Source: Gemmata obscuriglobus
GTDB taxonomy: Bacteria; Planctomycetota; Planctomycetia; Gemmatales; Gemmataceae
Length of the DNA: 32,000 bases
Assembly (NCBI RefSeq): GCF_008065095.1
Contig: NZ_CP042911.1
Location: forward strand, 1,590,001-1,622,000
Direction: 5' to 3'
Of this stretch, positions 9,901 to 17,182 are shown one piece after another. Within the stretch, counting starts at the first letter, position 1. Every line of letters starts with the position of its first letter. Under the pieces are notes generated by a model, which worked only from the letters and a program-made list of their open reading frames with translations, was not told the origin of the DNA and made no database searches. A program made the position numbers and the translations under genes.

Positions 9901-11324
9901 AGCCGGTAGCCGTTCACGATCCGCCGGTACCGGGGCAGGGCCTCGCCGACGCGGTTCAGCTTGGCCAGCGCCTCGGCCTCGCCGACGACGGCCGGCGGGT
10001 AGTCCGGCTCCGTCGCCAGCACCGTGCGGCAGTACTCGAGCTGCTTGTCGGGGTTCAGCACGGCGGCGTAGCACGCGGCCAGCGCGACCAGCAGCTTCTT
10101 GTTGAGCGCCGGCGCCCGGGCGATGCTCGGGCGGGCCTCTTCGAGCAGCCGAAGGGCGGTGCTCCAGTCCTTCTTGAGCGCCGCCAGCCGCCCGCGGAGG
10201 TACGGCACCACCGCCTTGCGGGCCTCGTCGGCGGCGATCACGTCCGTCATCCGGGCCGAGTCCTCCGCCTCGCCCAGGTCGATGAGCCGGTCGGCGACCA
10301 TCACGTAGTCGTTCTCTTTCGGGTCCAGCAGCTTCGCGGTGGCGCGGAGCACCTCGAGCCCGTCGTCCCGCTTGCCCTGGCGGACCAGGACGTCGCACAG
10401 CAGCGAGCCGACCGCGATGTTCTTCGGGTCGCGGTCCCGCGCCCGGCGCAGCAGGGACTCGATCTCCTTGAGCTTCGCCGGCGCGTCGCTGGTGGCCTTC
10501 AGCTCGGCGATCTCGACCTCGGCCATCGTGAACAGGGCGTCCGGGTTCTGCTCCCCGCCCGGGATGTTGTGCAGCGCGTACTCGGCGTTGGCGCGGGCGT
10601 CGTTCCAGCCGAGGAACAGCTTGAACCGGGCGGCCGCGAGGCACGCCTCCGGGTCGTTGCGGAACCGCTCCTCCTCGCGCAGCGCCCGGAGCAGGTCGCC
10701 CAGGTTCGTTTCGCGCTGCGGGTCGACCGTGTACTGGTGGGTCAGCTCCAGCGCCCGCTTGTACACCCGCACCGGGGCCTTCTTCGTGGCGATGGCCTTC
10801 CGGAGGTGCGCGATCGCCTCCGGCTTCTTCCCGAGCGCCCAGTCGCACTCGGCGGCCAGCTCGCGCGTCGCGACGTCGTCGGCCGGGGCGTCGGGGGCGT
10901 TGAGCAGCATGTCGACGTGCTGTTGGGCGTTCATGTGGCGCCCGCTCTTGGCGTACATCTCCGCCAACTGGCGCCGCTCGTCCGGGTGCGCCGGGAACGC
11001 CCGCAGGAACCCTTCCACCCCCGCCACGGCGCGGGGGCCGGCGGCCGGCTCTGCGCTCGCCTGGGCGAACAGGAGGGCGGCGAACTTCTGGTACGCGCCC
11101 TCGTCGGCGGGGCGGAACTTGAGGTACTTGGCGTACAGGTCGATGACCTCGCCGCGCTTCTTGGGGTCGCCGTCGATCCCGGCTTCGGCCCGCTCGGCGG
11201 CTTCCTTGTAAACGGTCACCTGGCTGCGGAGCTGGACCCGGTGGAGGGCGAACGTCGCCCCGCCGCACATGAGTAGCGCCGTCACAACGATCAGGAGCCG
11301 CTTCCAGTACAAGGTTCGGCGCAC
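6912..11324 (-). CDS. Very large (1470 aa) membrane-anchored TPR-repeat protein, PrsT-like by context
   Basis: GTG start at 11324 with GAGGTG 5 nt upstream. There is an N-terminal TM anchor (LYWKRLLIVVTALLMCGGATFAL). The rest is continuous helical TPR-like repeats rich in A/L/Y/R. It sits directly downstream of a PEP-CTERM cargo gene and near a PEP-CTERM-locus deacetylase. The equally long plus-strand ORF 6882-11276 is a shadow ORF. Confidence 0.9.
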   Translation of the reverse strand: MRRTLYWKRLLIVVTALLMCGGATFALHRVQLRSQVTVYKEAAERAEAGIDGDPKKRGEVIDLYAKYLKFRPADEGAYQKFAALLFAQASAEPAAGPRAVAGVEGFLRAFPAHPDERRQLAEMYAKSGRHMNAQQHVDMLLNAPDAPADDVATRELAAECDWALGKKPEAIAHLRKAIATKKAPVRVYKRALELTHQYTVDPQRETNLGDLLRALREEERFRNDPEACLAAARFKLFLGWNDARANAEYALHNIPGGEQNPDALFTMAEVEIAELKATSDAPAKLKEIESLLRRARDRDPKNIAVGSLLCDVLVRQGKRDDGLEVLRATAKLLDPKENDYVMVADRLIDLGEAEDSARMTDVIAADEARKAVVPYLRGRLAALKKDWSTALRLLEEARPSIARAPALNKKLLVALAACYAAVLNPDKQLEYCRTVLATEPDYPPAVVGEAEALAKLNRVGEALPRYRRIVNGYRLNEHRTELVRLELYHVLAQPGASGERDWDRFNEAVKPVPVAERPVEMQVLCSDALAAQGKTDQGADELRLWIDKNPKSPKANAAFVALARLNTGGTAESALAVLEEAKTKFGDSVDLRLAQAGLLVARNRVPEPDKFAALADGPPGIAKPDQFRLWYGLGQAVGRVADLQPDGAQAQGLREVALKLLRAAADLVPGDLGCRTVLLDNAIAAGRADLVAQALTEIETIEGGGGPYAALGRIAVELPQVKKMTDKAARDAAAARLRELGRRAQIARPGWGRAYVALAELDYMQGLNDAALENYRKAIDNGERQEFVIRRTIELFRVKKQDDLAVGVLNKLRTEIRLPDDLERYRAIRDLLAAPEVPRNSKATVDGIAPVDSKDHRLQLLRGALLATIREDAGALTAFRRAVELNDRSPETWGSLVSQLVRTGDLPGATQAVAQAEVKLAAAPAATPEARAELQVALGGLHEMVGDRKAALGHFEAAAAAAPLDLNATRQLIQFHQRTGQAATADRLLAAAKDSPAQDTARWARRHLALTTIARPNAYVVRNEALALVERNLKDAPKDPEDLKARAVIWTVDPATRGAGIKVLKEHGDQGDLTPDECYLLGRLAFDVGEYAEAEDHFKRAARIRPGVTAEHIAALVRVQVALSPLGQLGRAEATLDRLKINNPGSWEAVREEARLLHRKSRDAATVADTADAKKLVEKARAVLKSFKGWDEPDAIVSRTGPVFEEIGLPDEAEALYKKVASGTAPDAHQPLAILYIRQKQPQQAIALAFERERKAPVLLTAQLLTGAVRTKRPDAATEAKVEKWLDEALAKSAADPELEAALIGAKAELADARGEYATAIREYERSAAKLARGRDSKGRKDVITNNLCMLLALHQPARADEAVNLMSELIAIRGPVPAFLDTRAVAYLVSSRPELAIKDLEMALTQYDRAAYHFHLAWAYDQNVLAAQRTRAVDEVDAARRLGLTADDLHAIEFKKYEQLQTKYPPRVK

Positions 11325-11390
11325 AGTTCACCTCTGGCGGATCGGGGCGGGCCGGCGGGCGGGGAGGGCTCGCGCGGGCTGCTACCGGCC

Positions 11391-11431
11391 CCAAAAAACG
11401 CGGACGGGGGTAACAACCGTTACCCCCGTCC
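11391..11431 (-). terminator. Rho-independent terminator after the PEP-CTERM gene
   Basis: On the minus strand the sequence reads GGACGGGGGTAAC-GGTT-GTTACCCCCGTCC (13-bp perfect stem) followed by GCGTTTTTTGG. The hairpin begins 46 nt after the stop at 11477-11479. Confidence 0.8.
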
Positions 11432-11476
11432 AAAGTAGCACATTTTAGCTCGACCTGGAACCGCACAGCCCGGCGG

Positions 11477-12241
11477 TCACTCGGCCGGCTTGCGGAAGGC
11501 GCGGCGGAGGCCGATCAGCGGCAGCGCGAAGCAGGCCAGGACCAGCCCGCCCGGGGCCGGAACGGCGGCGGCCGCGGTGACGCTCGCGCCGCCGGTGGCG
11601 CCGAACGTGGCGCCCGCCGGGATGTCGCCGCTGAACGACACGGTCAGGGTCTGCTGGATCGCGAACGGGCTGACCAGGCCGTTGACCTCGCTCTCGCCGG
11701 TGACCTTGATGCCGTTCGGGGTGGTCAGGTTGATCGGGCCGGCGATCGTCTGCCCGTTGGCGAGCTGGGTCATGCTGCTCGCCGGCACCTGGGAGCCCGC
11801 GTTCGGGTTGTAGAGCCGGGTCGTGCTGGACACGGCTTCGGTCCCGCTCGCGAACCCGGTGGAGCCGCTGGTTTCGACCCGCAGCGTGCCCAGGTTGCCG
11901 TTCGGGGTGAACCCGTCGTCGGTCACGGTGATCCGCAACTGGTCCAGGGCGACGTTGAACTTGTCGGTCAACTGGCCGCTGAACGAGGGGGTCAGCGAGG
12001 CGATCGGGCTGCCGGCCGCGCTGTTCGAGCTGACCGTCACGAGCACGTTGGTGAACGCGGTGCCGTTGAAGGTCGTGATCCCGGACCCGGAGAGGGTCGC
12101 GTACTGGGAGCCGACGACGGAACCGTTGTTGATCTCCTCAACGAGGATCTGCACGCCGGCCTTCGATTCGGCCGGTGAGGCGGCAATTGCGGCGACAACC
12201 GCCAAGCTCGCGATGGTCCGACGGAACTGGCGCAGAAACAT
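11477..12241 (-). CDS. PEP-CTERM sorting-domain secreted protein
   Basis: ATG at 12241 with AGGAG about 10 nt upstream. The signal peptide is MFLRQFRRTIASLAVVAAIAASPAESKA and the body is Ser/Thr/Gly/Asn-rich. The C-terminus (VPAPGGLVLACFALPLIGLRRAFRK) is a PEP-CTERM motif variant (VPAP in place of VPEP), followed by a TM helix and a basic tail. The ORF-track start at 12289 adds 16 residues ahead of the signal peptide. Confidence 0.85.
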   Translation of the reverse strand: MFLRQFRRTIASLAVVAAIAASPAESKAGVQILVEEINNGSVVGSQYATLSGSGITTFNGTAFTNVLVTVSSNSAAGSPIASLTPSFSGQLTDKFNVALDQLRITVTDDGFTPNGNLGTLRVETSGSTGFASGTEAVSSTTRLYNPNAGSQVPASSMTQLANGQTIAGPINLTTPNGIKVTGESEVNGLVSPFAIQQTLTVSFSGDIPAGATFGATGGASVTAAAAVPAPGGLVLACFALPLIGLRRAFRKPAE

Positions 12242-12788
12242 GACGGTGTGCTCCTGTCTGAAGCGGTTGGGCGGAACGAGTGATAGCACTTGCCCGGACC
12301 TCGAACCACCCCACCTTACCGAGAGGGGTGACGGAGCCGTGCGACCAGCCGCGTTCGCCTTCTGATCGAACCGGGACGGGCGTTGAAGGGGCGCCCGGCG
12401 TTGCGACTCTCGCGGTCGTCCGCGGGTCTACCACATTAGGAAAGCGGGATGCCCCCTACAGTGTCAACCCGATTCCCGGTAGAATCCCGATTTCGCGTGG
12501 CAAACGCAATGTCAAATCTGCAAAATCAGAAATCGCCGATGCCGGCGAACGCAACTACTGTTCCGGATAGGATTTCGCACGTCGCCTCGGGTAGTACGCT
12601 GGCGGCGTGTGAAATCTTGCGCACCGGGTTCATTTCCGCCCCTGAACACTGGGACGAACGGCAGCGCATCCAGAAGTTAACACTCGGTCCTGGGCGCGGC
12701 CGACTTGAGCCCGCCGGCGGCCCGGTGCTACCTTTTCGGTCGGGCGGCCCGGGCCGGACCGGGTGGGGTGGTTGAAAGGGGGCGGAGA

Positions 12789-13670
12789 GTGAGTGCGGCC
12801 AACGTCGCGAGTTTCGACATTGAGGAGCATTTCCGGATCGAGGCCGCGGTGGGGCTCAACTGCCCCGCCGAGCTTCGGGCCGACTACGCGACCCGCATGG
12901 AGGCCGCGACCCGGCGGCTCCTCGCACAACTCGCCGAGGCGCAGGTCCTGGCCACGTTCTTCGTGGTCGGTGAGATCGCCCGGTCGCACCCGGGGCTGGT
13001 GCGGGACATTCACGCGGCCGGGCACGAGGTGGGGTCGCACAGTTGGGATCACCGGCGGGTCCACCGGTTCACCCCCGCGAGCTTCCGCGACGACCTGCGG
13101 GCCAGTAAGGACGCGCTGGAACAGGTGACCGGCGCCCCGGTGTTCGGGTTCCGCGCGCCGACCTTTAGCGTGATGCGCGAAACCGGCTGGGCGGTCGACG
13201 CGCTCGCGGACTGCGGGTTCGTGTACGACAGCTCCATTTTCCCGGTGCGCCACGACCGGTACGGGGTGCCGGACGCGCCCCGGGGGCCGTTCGTCGCGCA
13301 GGGGGCGGCGGGCGAGATATTGGAACTACCGCCGCTGACCTATCGTGTTGGCGGCGTGAACCTTCCGGTCGCGGGCGGGGGGTACTTCCGGCTGTTCCCG
13401 CTGGCGGTGATGCGGGCCGGGTTGCGGCAGGCGGCGCGGGCGGCGGGGCCGAACGTGGGGATGTTGTACTTCCACCCGTGGGAGTTCGATCCCGGGCAAC
13501 CGCGGCTCCCGCTGAAGCGGCTGTCGCGCTGGCGGACGTATGTGGGGGTGGACCGCACGACCGCCCGGCTGGCGAGCCTCTTGCGGGCGTTCCCGTTCAC
13601 CCGGGCGATCGATGCGGTGCGCGCGATCCGGGCGAGCGGCGTCCCGCTTCCGCGGTTTCGCGTCGCCTAG
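12789..13670 (+). CDS. Polysaccharide deacetylase (NodB-fold), PEP-CTERM/XrtA-locus subfamily-like with DUF3473-like C-terminus
   Basis: The N-terminus SFDIEEHFRIE, the segment ATFFVVGEIARSHPGLVRDIHAAGHEVGSHSWDH and the segment FRAPTFSV ... DSSIFPVRHDRYG match my recollection of that subfamily. I prefer GTG 12789 (GGGGGCGGAGA upstream) to the ORF-track start at 12705. Confidence 0.88.
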   Translation: MSAANVASFDIEEHFRIEAAVGLNCPAELRADYATRMEAATRRLLAQLAEAQVLATFFVVGEIARSHPGLVRDIHAAGHEVGSHSWDHRRVHRFTPASFRDDLRASKDALEQVTGAPVFGFRAPTFSVMRETGWAVDALADCGFVYDSSIFPVRHDRYGVPDAPRGPFVAQGAAGEILELPPLTYRVGGVNLPVAGGGYFRLFPLAVMRAGLRQAARAAGPNVGMLYFHPWEFDPGQPRLPLKRLSRWRTYVGVDRTTARLASLLRAFPFTRAIDAVRAIRASGVPLPRFRVA

Positions 13671-13708
13671 CGACCGGAGCCGCGGCCCGATTTGGTGCGG
13701 CGTTTCCG

Positions 13709-13736
13709 GCCCGCCCGCGCGGCCGCGCGGGCGGGC
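13709..13736. terminator. GC-only palindrome between convergent genes (possible bidirectional terminator)
   Basis: GCCCGCCCGCGCGG/CCGCGCGGGCGGGC is a perfect 28-nt palindrome. It lies 39 nt after the deacetylase stop and 14 nt after the stop of the minus-strand gene. There is no U-tract. Confidence 0.45.
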
Positions 13737-13749
13737 GCCACGGGTCGGA

Positions 13750-15567
13750 CTACTCGACGTTCGTCAACAGCCGGGAGATGATCTTCTTCCCGGCCGCCAG
13801 CGCTTCGCCCGGGATGAACACGTTCAGCGTCGCGGCGTCCTTCAGCGTGACCGCGATCCCGATGAACGTCGGCTCCCCCTTCAGCGGCTGCACCTTCCCG
13901 AGCCGCGGGAACCCGGGGACCGTGTCCTGCATCGCCTTCAGCGAGTCGAGCAGCACGGTGACCAGTTGCCCCGTCTCGGCCAGCACCAGGGCGTTCGCGT
14001 CGGCCGGGAGCTGTTTGCGGGTCAGCTTGAAGCCGTCCGTCTCGCCCACGGGCGTCTTCGGGTCGAGGAACGCGTCCACTGCCGCCGCCGCCGCGCCGAA
14101 GTCCTTCGCGGTCACCTGGATCACGGTCTTGCCGTCGGTGCCGATCCACAGCGTCATCTGCTCGGTCAGCGCCCGCTTCAGTTGGGCGATGGTGTTCTCC
14201 TTCAGCCCCTCCGGGAGGTCCTTCACGGTGGCCTCGAAGTCGAACGCGACCCGCACCTCGGTGAAGGTGAACGCCCCGTGCTTCCGGGCGTCCTTGGTGA
14301 TTTTCGGGGCGCCCTTGAGTATCGCGCTGTTGAGCCGCCCGCCGGCGGCCATCGCCTCGTAGCACCCGGTCAGCGCCGCCACGGCCTTCTTCGCGTCGGT
14401 GTACTTCGCGGCGGTGAAGTTCGTCCCGGCCCCGCCGGACCCGCTCACCTCGCCCTGCGGCCCCGCCGCGTGGAGGGCCGTGAGGTGCTTTTCCAGCGCC
14501 GCGTTGCCGTTCTCGTCGTCGTCCGCGGGGGCGAACTCGGGGTTCAGGCCCTTCATCATGTCGTGGAACCTCTTGCCGAACTTCGTCGCGGCGTACTGGC
14601 CCAGCCCGGCCGGGAGCTTGCCGATGTCCGCGAGCGCCCCGGGGCTCTCGGCCTTCAGCACCGCCGCGCTGGCGGTGTCGTCGGCGAACTGCGCCTGGAA
14701 CCGCAGGTTCAGCCCCTCGGGCCGGAACTCTGCCCCGAGCACCACCCCGCGGCAGTCCTCCAGCGCCTGGAACGCGCCGCCGAGCATCACCTTCGCGGCC
14801 GCGAGCTGCTTCTTGTTGACGCCGGGCAGCATCCCGCCCATCTCGGCCTGCTGGAGGCCGAAGTCGATGAGCATCTTGAAGCCCTTGATCTGCTCCGCGT
14901 ACTTGCCGTTGATGGCGTCGGCGTTGAGGTAGACGGCCAGGTCGCTGCCCACGAACGAGCGGGCCAGCTCGGCCGGCATCGCGGCGGTGGTGGCGCGGGT
15001 GAACTTGCCGGCGTAAACGTCCGCGGTGCCCTTGTCGGGCGTGAGCGCGACGTACTCCTTCAGGTCCACCATGTAGACCGTGTGCTCGGCCCCCATCAGG
15101 CTCAGCTTCGCCTCGTCCACGCCCTTGCCCTCGCCGAGCGTCTTGCGCTCGTCGGCGGTGAGGAACGTGGCCTTGAACTCCTTGTAGCTGCTCACCGGCA
15201 CCAGCACCGCGAACGCGGGCTCGCCCTCGAACAGGCTGGCGATGTCGCTCACCACGACGAACACGCGGCCGTCCTTCGGCACGGCGGTCAGCTTGCGGTC
15301 CGCGAGGGCCGGCTTCAGCGCCTCGTCGATCTGCTTGTCGAGCTCCTTGGCTTCGTCCGGGAGGGCCGCCTTGAGCATGGCCGAGAGCCGCTCGCGGGCG
15401 GCCCCGACGCCGGTGAGTTGGACCGCGACCGGCGCGTTCGCCGGGAACGGGAACGTGACCGCTTTCCCGGCGGCGCCGGGGACCGGCGCCGCCCCGGCGG
15501 CCGGCGCGAGCGCCAGCAGCGAGCCGAGAGTGGCCGCCGCGAGTGCGGCGCGGAACAGGAGGGACAT
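13750..15567 (-). CDS. Secreted hypothetical protein (605 aa), no family recognised
   Basis: ATG at 15567. The signal peptide is MSLLFRAALAAATLGSLLALAPAAGAAP. Codon bias is coherent over 1.8 kb, and composition is Lys/Ala/Asp-rich with no low complexity. It lies on the same strand 223 nt downstream of the sigma-54 response regulator. The overlapping plus-strand ORFs translate to Arg/Gly/Pro junk. Confidence 0.75.
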   Translation of the reverse strand: MSLLFRAALAAATLGSLLALAPAAGAAPVPGAAGKAVTFPFPANAPVAVQLTGVGAARERLSAMLKAALPDEAKELDKQIDEALKPALADRKLTAVPKDGRVFVVVSDIASLFEGEPAFAVLVPVSSYKEFKATFLTADERKTLGEGKGVDEAKLSLMGAEHTVYMVDLKEYVALTPDKGTADVYAGKFTRATTAAMPAELARSFVGSDLAVYLNADAINGKYAEQIKGFKMLIDFGLQQAEMGGMLPGVNKKQLAAAKVMLGGAFQALEDCRGVVLGAEFRPEGLNLRFQAQFADDTASAAVLKAESPGALADIGKLPAGLGQYAATKFGKRFHDMMKGLNPEFAPADDDENGNAALEKHLTALHAAGPQGEVSGSGGAGTNFTAAKYTDAKKAVAALTGCYEAMAAGGRLNSAILKGAPKITKDARKHGAFTFTEVRVAFDFEATVKDLPEGLKENTIAQLKRALTEQMTLWIGTDGKTVIQVTAKDFGAAAAAVDAFLDPKTPVGETDGFKLTRKQLPADANALVLAETGQLVTVLLDSLKAMQDTVPGFPRLGKVQPLKGEPTFIGIAVTLKDAATLNVFIPGEALAAGKKIISRLLTNVE

Positions 15568-15790
15568 GGCATGACCTCGGTGCGGCGCGGGTGGCGCCAT
15601 GCGGGCATGATAACGCGGTGCGCGGCGCGCGAATAGCCCCGGGGGCGGCGCCGCCCGGGGCGGGGGCGGGGGCGGGCGGGGCCCAGGTGCCGTTGGGGAG
15701 CTGCGGATGCCGAACGGAGCGGGCGCGGGCCGCGCGCTGTGACGACAAGCCGAGGCGCTACAAACGATCGGTCTTCAGCACGCCCCGGCG

Positions 15791-17182
15791 TCACTCGCCG
15801 CTGAGCTTGTACTTGTCGATCAGCCGGTACAGCGTGCGCCGGCTCACGCCCAGCGCCTTGGCCGCCTGCACCTTGTTCCCCCCGTGCCGGTGCAGCACGT
15901 CGCGGACGTGGTGCCGTTCGACGCGGTCCAGGTCGTCCGGGCCGGTCGTCGGGGCCGGCTCCTCGCCCGCGGCGGGCGGCCCGCTCCCCGCGGCGAGGTT
16001 GTCCGGCAGGTCGTCGGGCGTGATGACGCTCCCCTCGGCCAGGATCTGCGCCCGCTCCAGCACGTTGGCCAGCTCGCGGATGTTCCCGGGCCAGTCGTAC
16101 CGGCACAGGAGGGACCGCGCCGCCGGGTCGACGGTCATCGGCCCGCGGCCCACCTGCCGCGTGTGGAGGAAGTGCTGGATCAGCTCCGGCACGTCCTCCC
16201 GCCGGTCCTTGAGCGCGGGCAGGTCGACGGTGATGACGCTGAGCCGGAAGAACAGGTCCTCGCGGAACCGCCCGGCCTTCTGCTCGGCCTCGAGCGGCTT
16301 GTTGGTGGCCGCGATGATGCGCACGTCGGCCCGCTTCTCCTGGGTGCTCCCGACCCGGCGGTAGTGCCCGTCCTCCAGCACCCGGAGCAGCTTCGCCTGG
16401 AGCGCGGGCGCCATCTCCGCGACCTCGTCCACGAACAGGGTGCCGCCCTCGGCCACCTCGAACAGGCCGGGCTTGGGGCGGTCGGCGCCGGTGAACGCGC
16501 CCTTCTCGTGCCCGAACAGCTCGCTCTCCAGGAGCGTCTCCTGCAGGGTGGCGCAGTTGACCGTCACCAGCGGCTTGTCGCGGCGGGCGCTGTTCCCGTG
16601 GACGGCCCGCGCCACCAGCTCCTTCCCGGTGCCGCTCGGCCCGCGGACGAGGACCGTCGCGGTCGTGGGCGCGACCTTCTCGATGAGCTGGACGACCTTC
16701 CGCACCGCCGGGCCGGACCCGACGATCCGGTACCGGTCGGACTCGAACGTGAGCCGCTGCACGTACCGGCGCAGGTTCGCGTTCTCGCGCCGCAGCCGCC
16801 GCACCTCCATCGCCCGGTCCAGCACCGGCAGCACCTGCTGGAGCCGGAACGGCTTCAGCACGTAGTCGAACGCCCCGGCCTTCATCGCCTCCACGGCGGT
16901 CTGGATGGTGCCCTGGCCGGTCATGATGATGCCGACCAGGTGCGGGTCCGCCTCCAGGCACCGGCGGAGCAACTGGATGCCGTCGGTGCCGGGCATCATC
17001 AGGTCCGAGAGCAGCACGTCGGGCTCGCCCTCGCGCAGCGCGTCGGCCGCGAGCGCCGGGTCCGACAGCCCGCGGGCCTCGAACCCGGCGTCGGTGAGCG
17101 ACTCGCACAGCGCGCGCATCAGCTCCACCTCGTCGTCGACGATCAGGAGCTTGCCGCGCGGGTTCCGTTGGTCGCCGGTCAT
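15791..17182 (-). CDS. Sigma-54-dependent response regulator (REC + AAA+ + Fis-type HTH)
   Basis: It starts MTGDQRNPRGKLLIVDDE. The ATG at 17182 overlaps the kinase stop codon (ATGA). It has Walker A (GPSGTGKE), the GAFTGA loop, Walker B (LFVDEVAEM) and a C-terminal HTH (GNKVQAAKALGVSRRTLYRLIDKY). The 704-aa ORF-track entry (to 17905) is an out-of-frame run through the kinase gene. Confidence 0.95.
   Translation of the reverse strand: MTGDQRNPRGKLLIVDDEVELMRALCESLTDAGFEARGLSDPALAADALREGEPDVLLSDLMMPGTDGIQLLRRCLEADPHLVGIIMTGQGTIQTAVEAMKAGAFDYVLKPFRLQQVLPVLDRAMEVRRLRRENANLRRYVQRLTFESDRYRIVGSGPAVRKVVQLIEKVAPTTATVLVRGPSGTGKELVARAVHGNSARRDKPLVTVNCATLQETLLESELFGHEKGAFTGADRPKPGLFEVAEGGTLFVDEVAEMAPALQAKLLRVLEDGHYRRVGSTQEKRADVRIIAATNKPLEAEQKAGRFREDLFFRLSVITVDLPALKDRREDVPELIQHFLHTRQVGRGPMTVDPAARSLLCRYDWPGNIRELANVLERAQILAEGSVITPDDLPDNLAAGSGPPAAGEEPAPTTGPDDLDRVERHHVRDVLHRHGGNKVQAAKALGVSRRTLYRLIDKYKLSGE

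Noticed and set aside
6882-11276. 1464-aa plus-strand ORF, almost exactly as long as the TPR gene on the opposite strand
   Set aside because: This is a shadow ORF produced by extreme third-position GC bias. Its translation is monotonous R/G/L/V/P/Q low complexity with no motifs, whereas the minus strand gives a coherent TM + TPR protein with an SD-preceded start.
12498-12532. GGCAAACGCAA followed by phased-looking A-tracts; considered as a c-di-GMP (GEMM-I-like) riboswitch fragment or a curved-DNA/IHF site upstream of the PEP-CTERM gene
   Set aside because: Only a short fragment resembles the GEMM-I conserved strings and I could not build the two required helices. The A-tract spacing is 6-8 nt rather than helical-repeat phased.
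12449-12775. 108-aa plus-strand ORF in the PEP-CTERM / deacetylase intergenic region
   Set aside because: The first two-thirds uses many A/T-ending codons (aca, tca, gta, gaa, aat, caa, aaa), unlike every credible gene here. There is no SD and no motif. I treat it as non-coding regulatory DNA.
13540-15636. 698-aa plus-strand ORF (and 13667-15748 on the minus strand in another frame) overlapping the secreted orphan gene
   Set aside because: The translations are Arg/Gly/Pro/Glu-rich junk. Only the frame for 13750-15567 (minus strand) has a signal peptide and balanced composition.
15687-15692. CGGCAC (minus strand) in the gap upstream of the secreted orphan gene
   Set aside because: The -24-like box is followed by CTGGG-CCCCG, with no TTGC at the -12 position.
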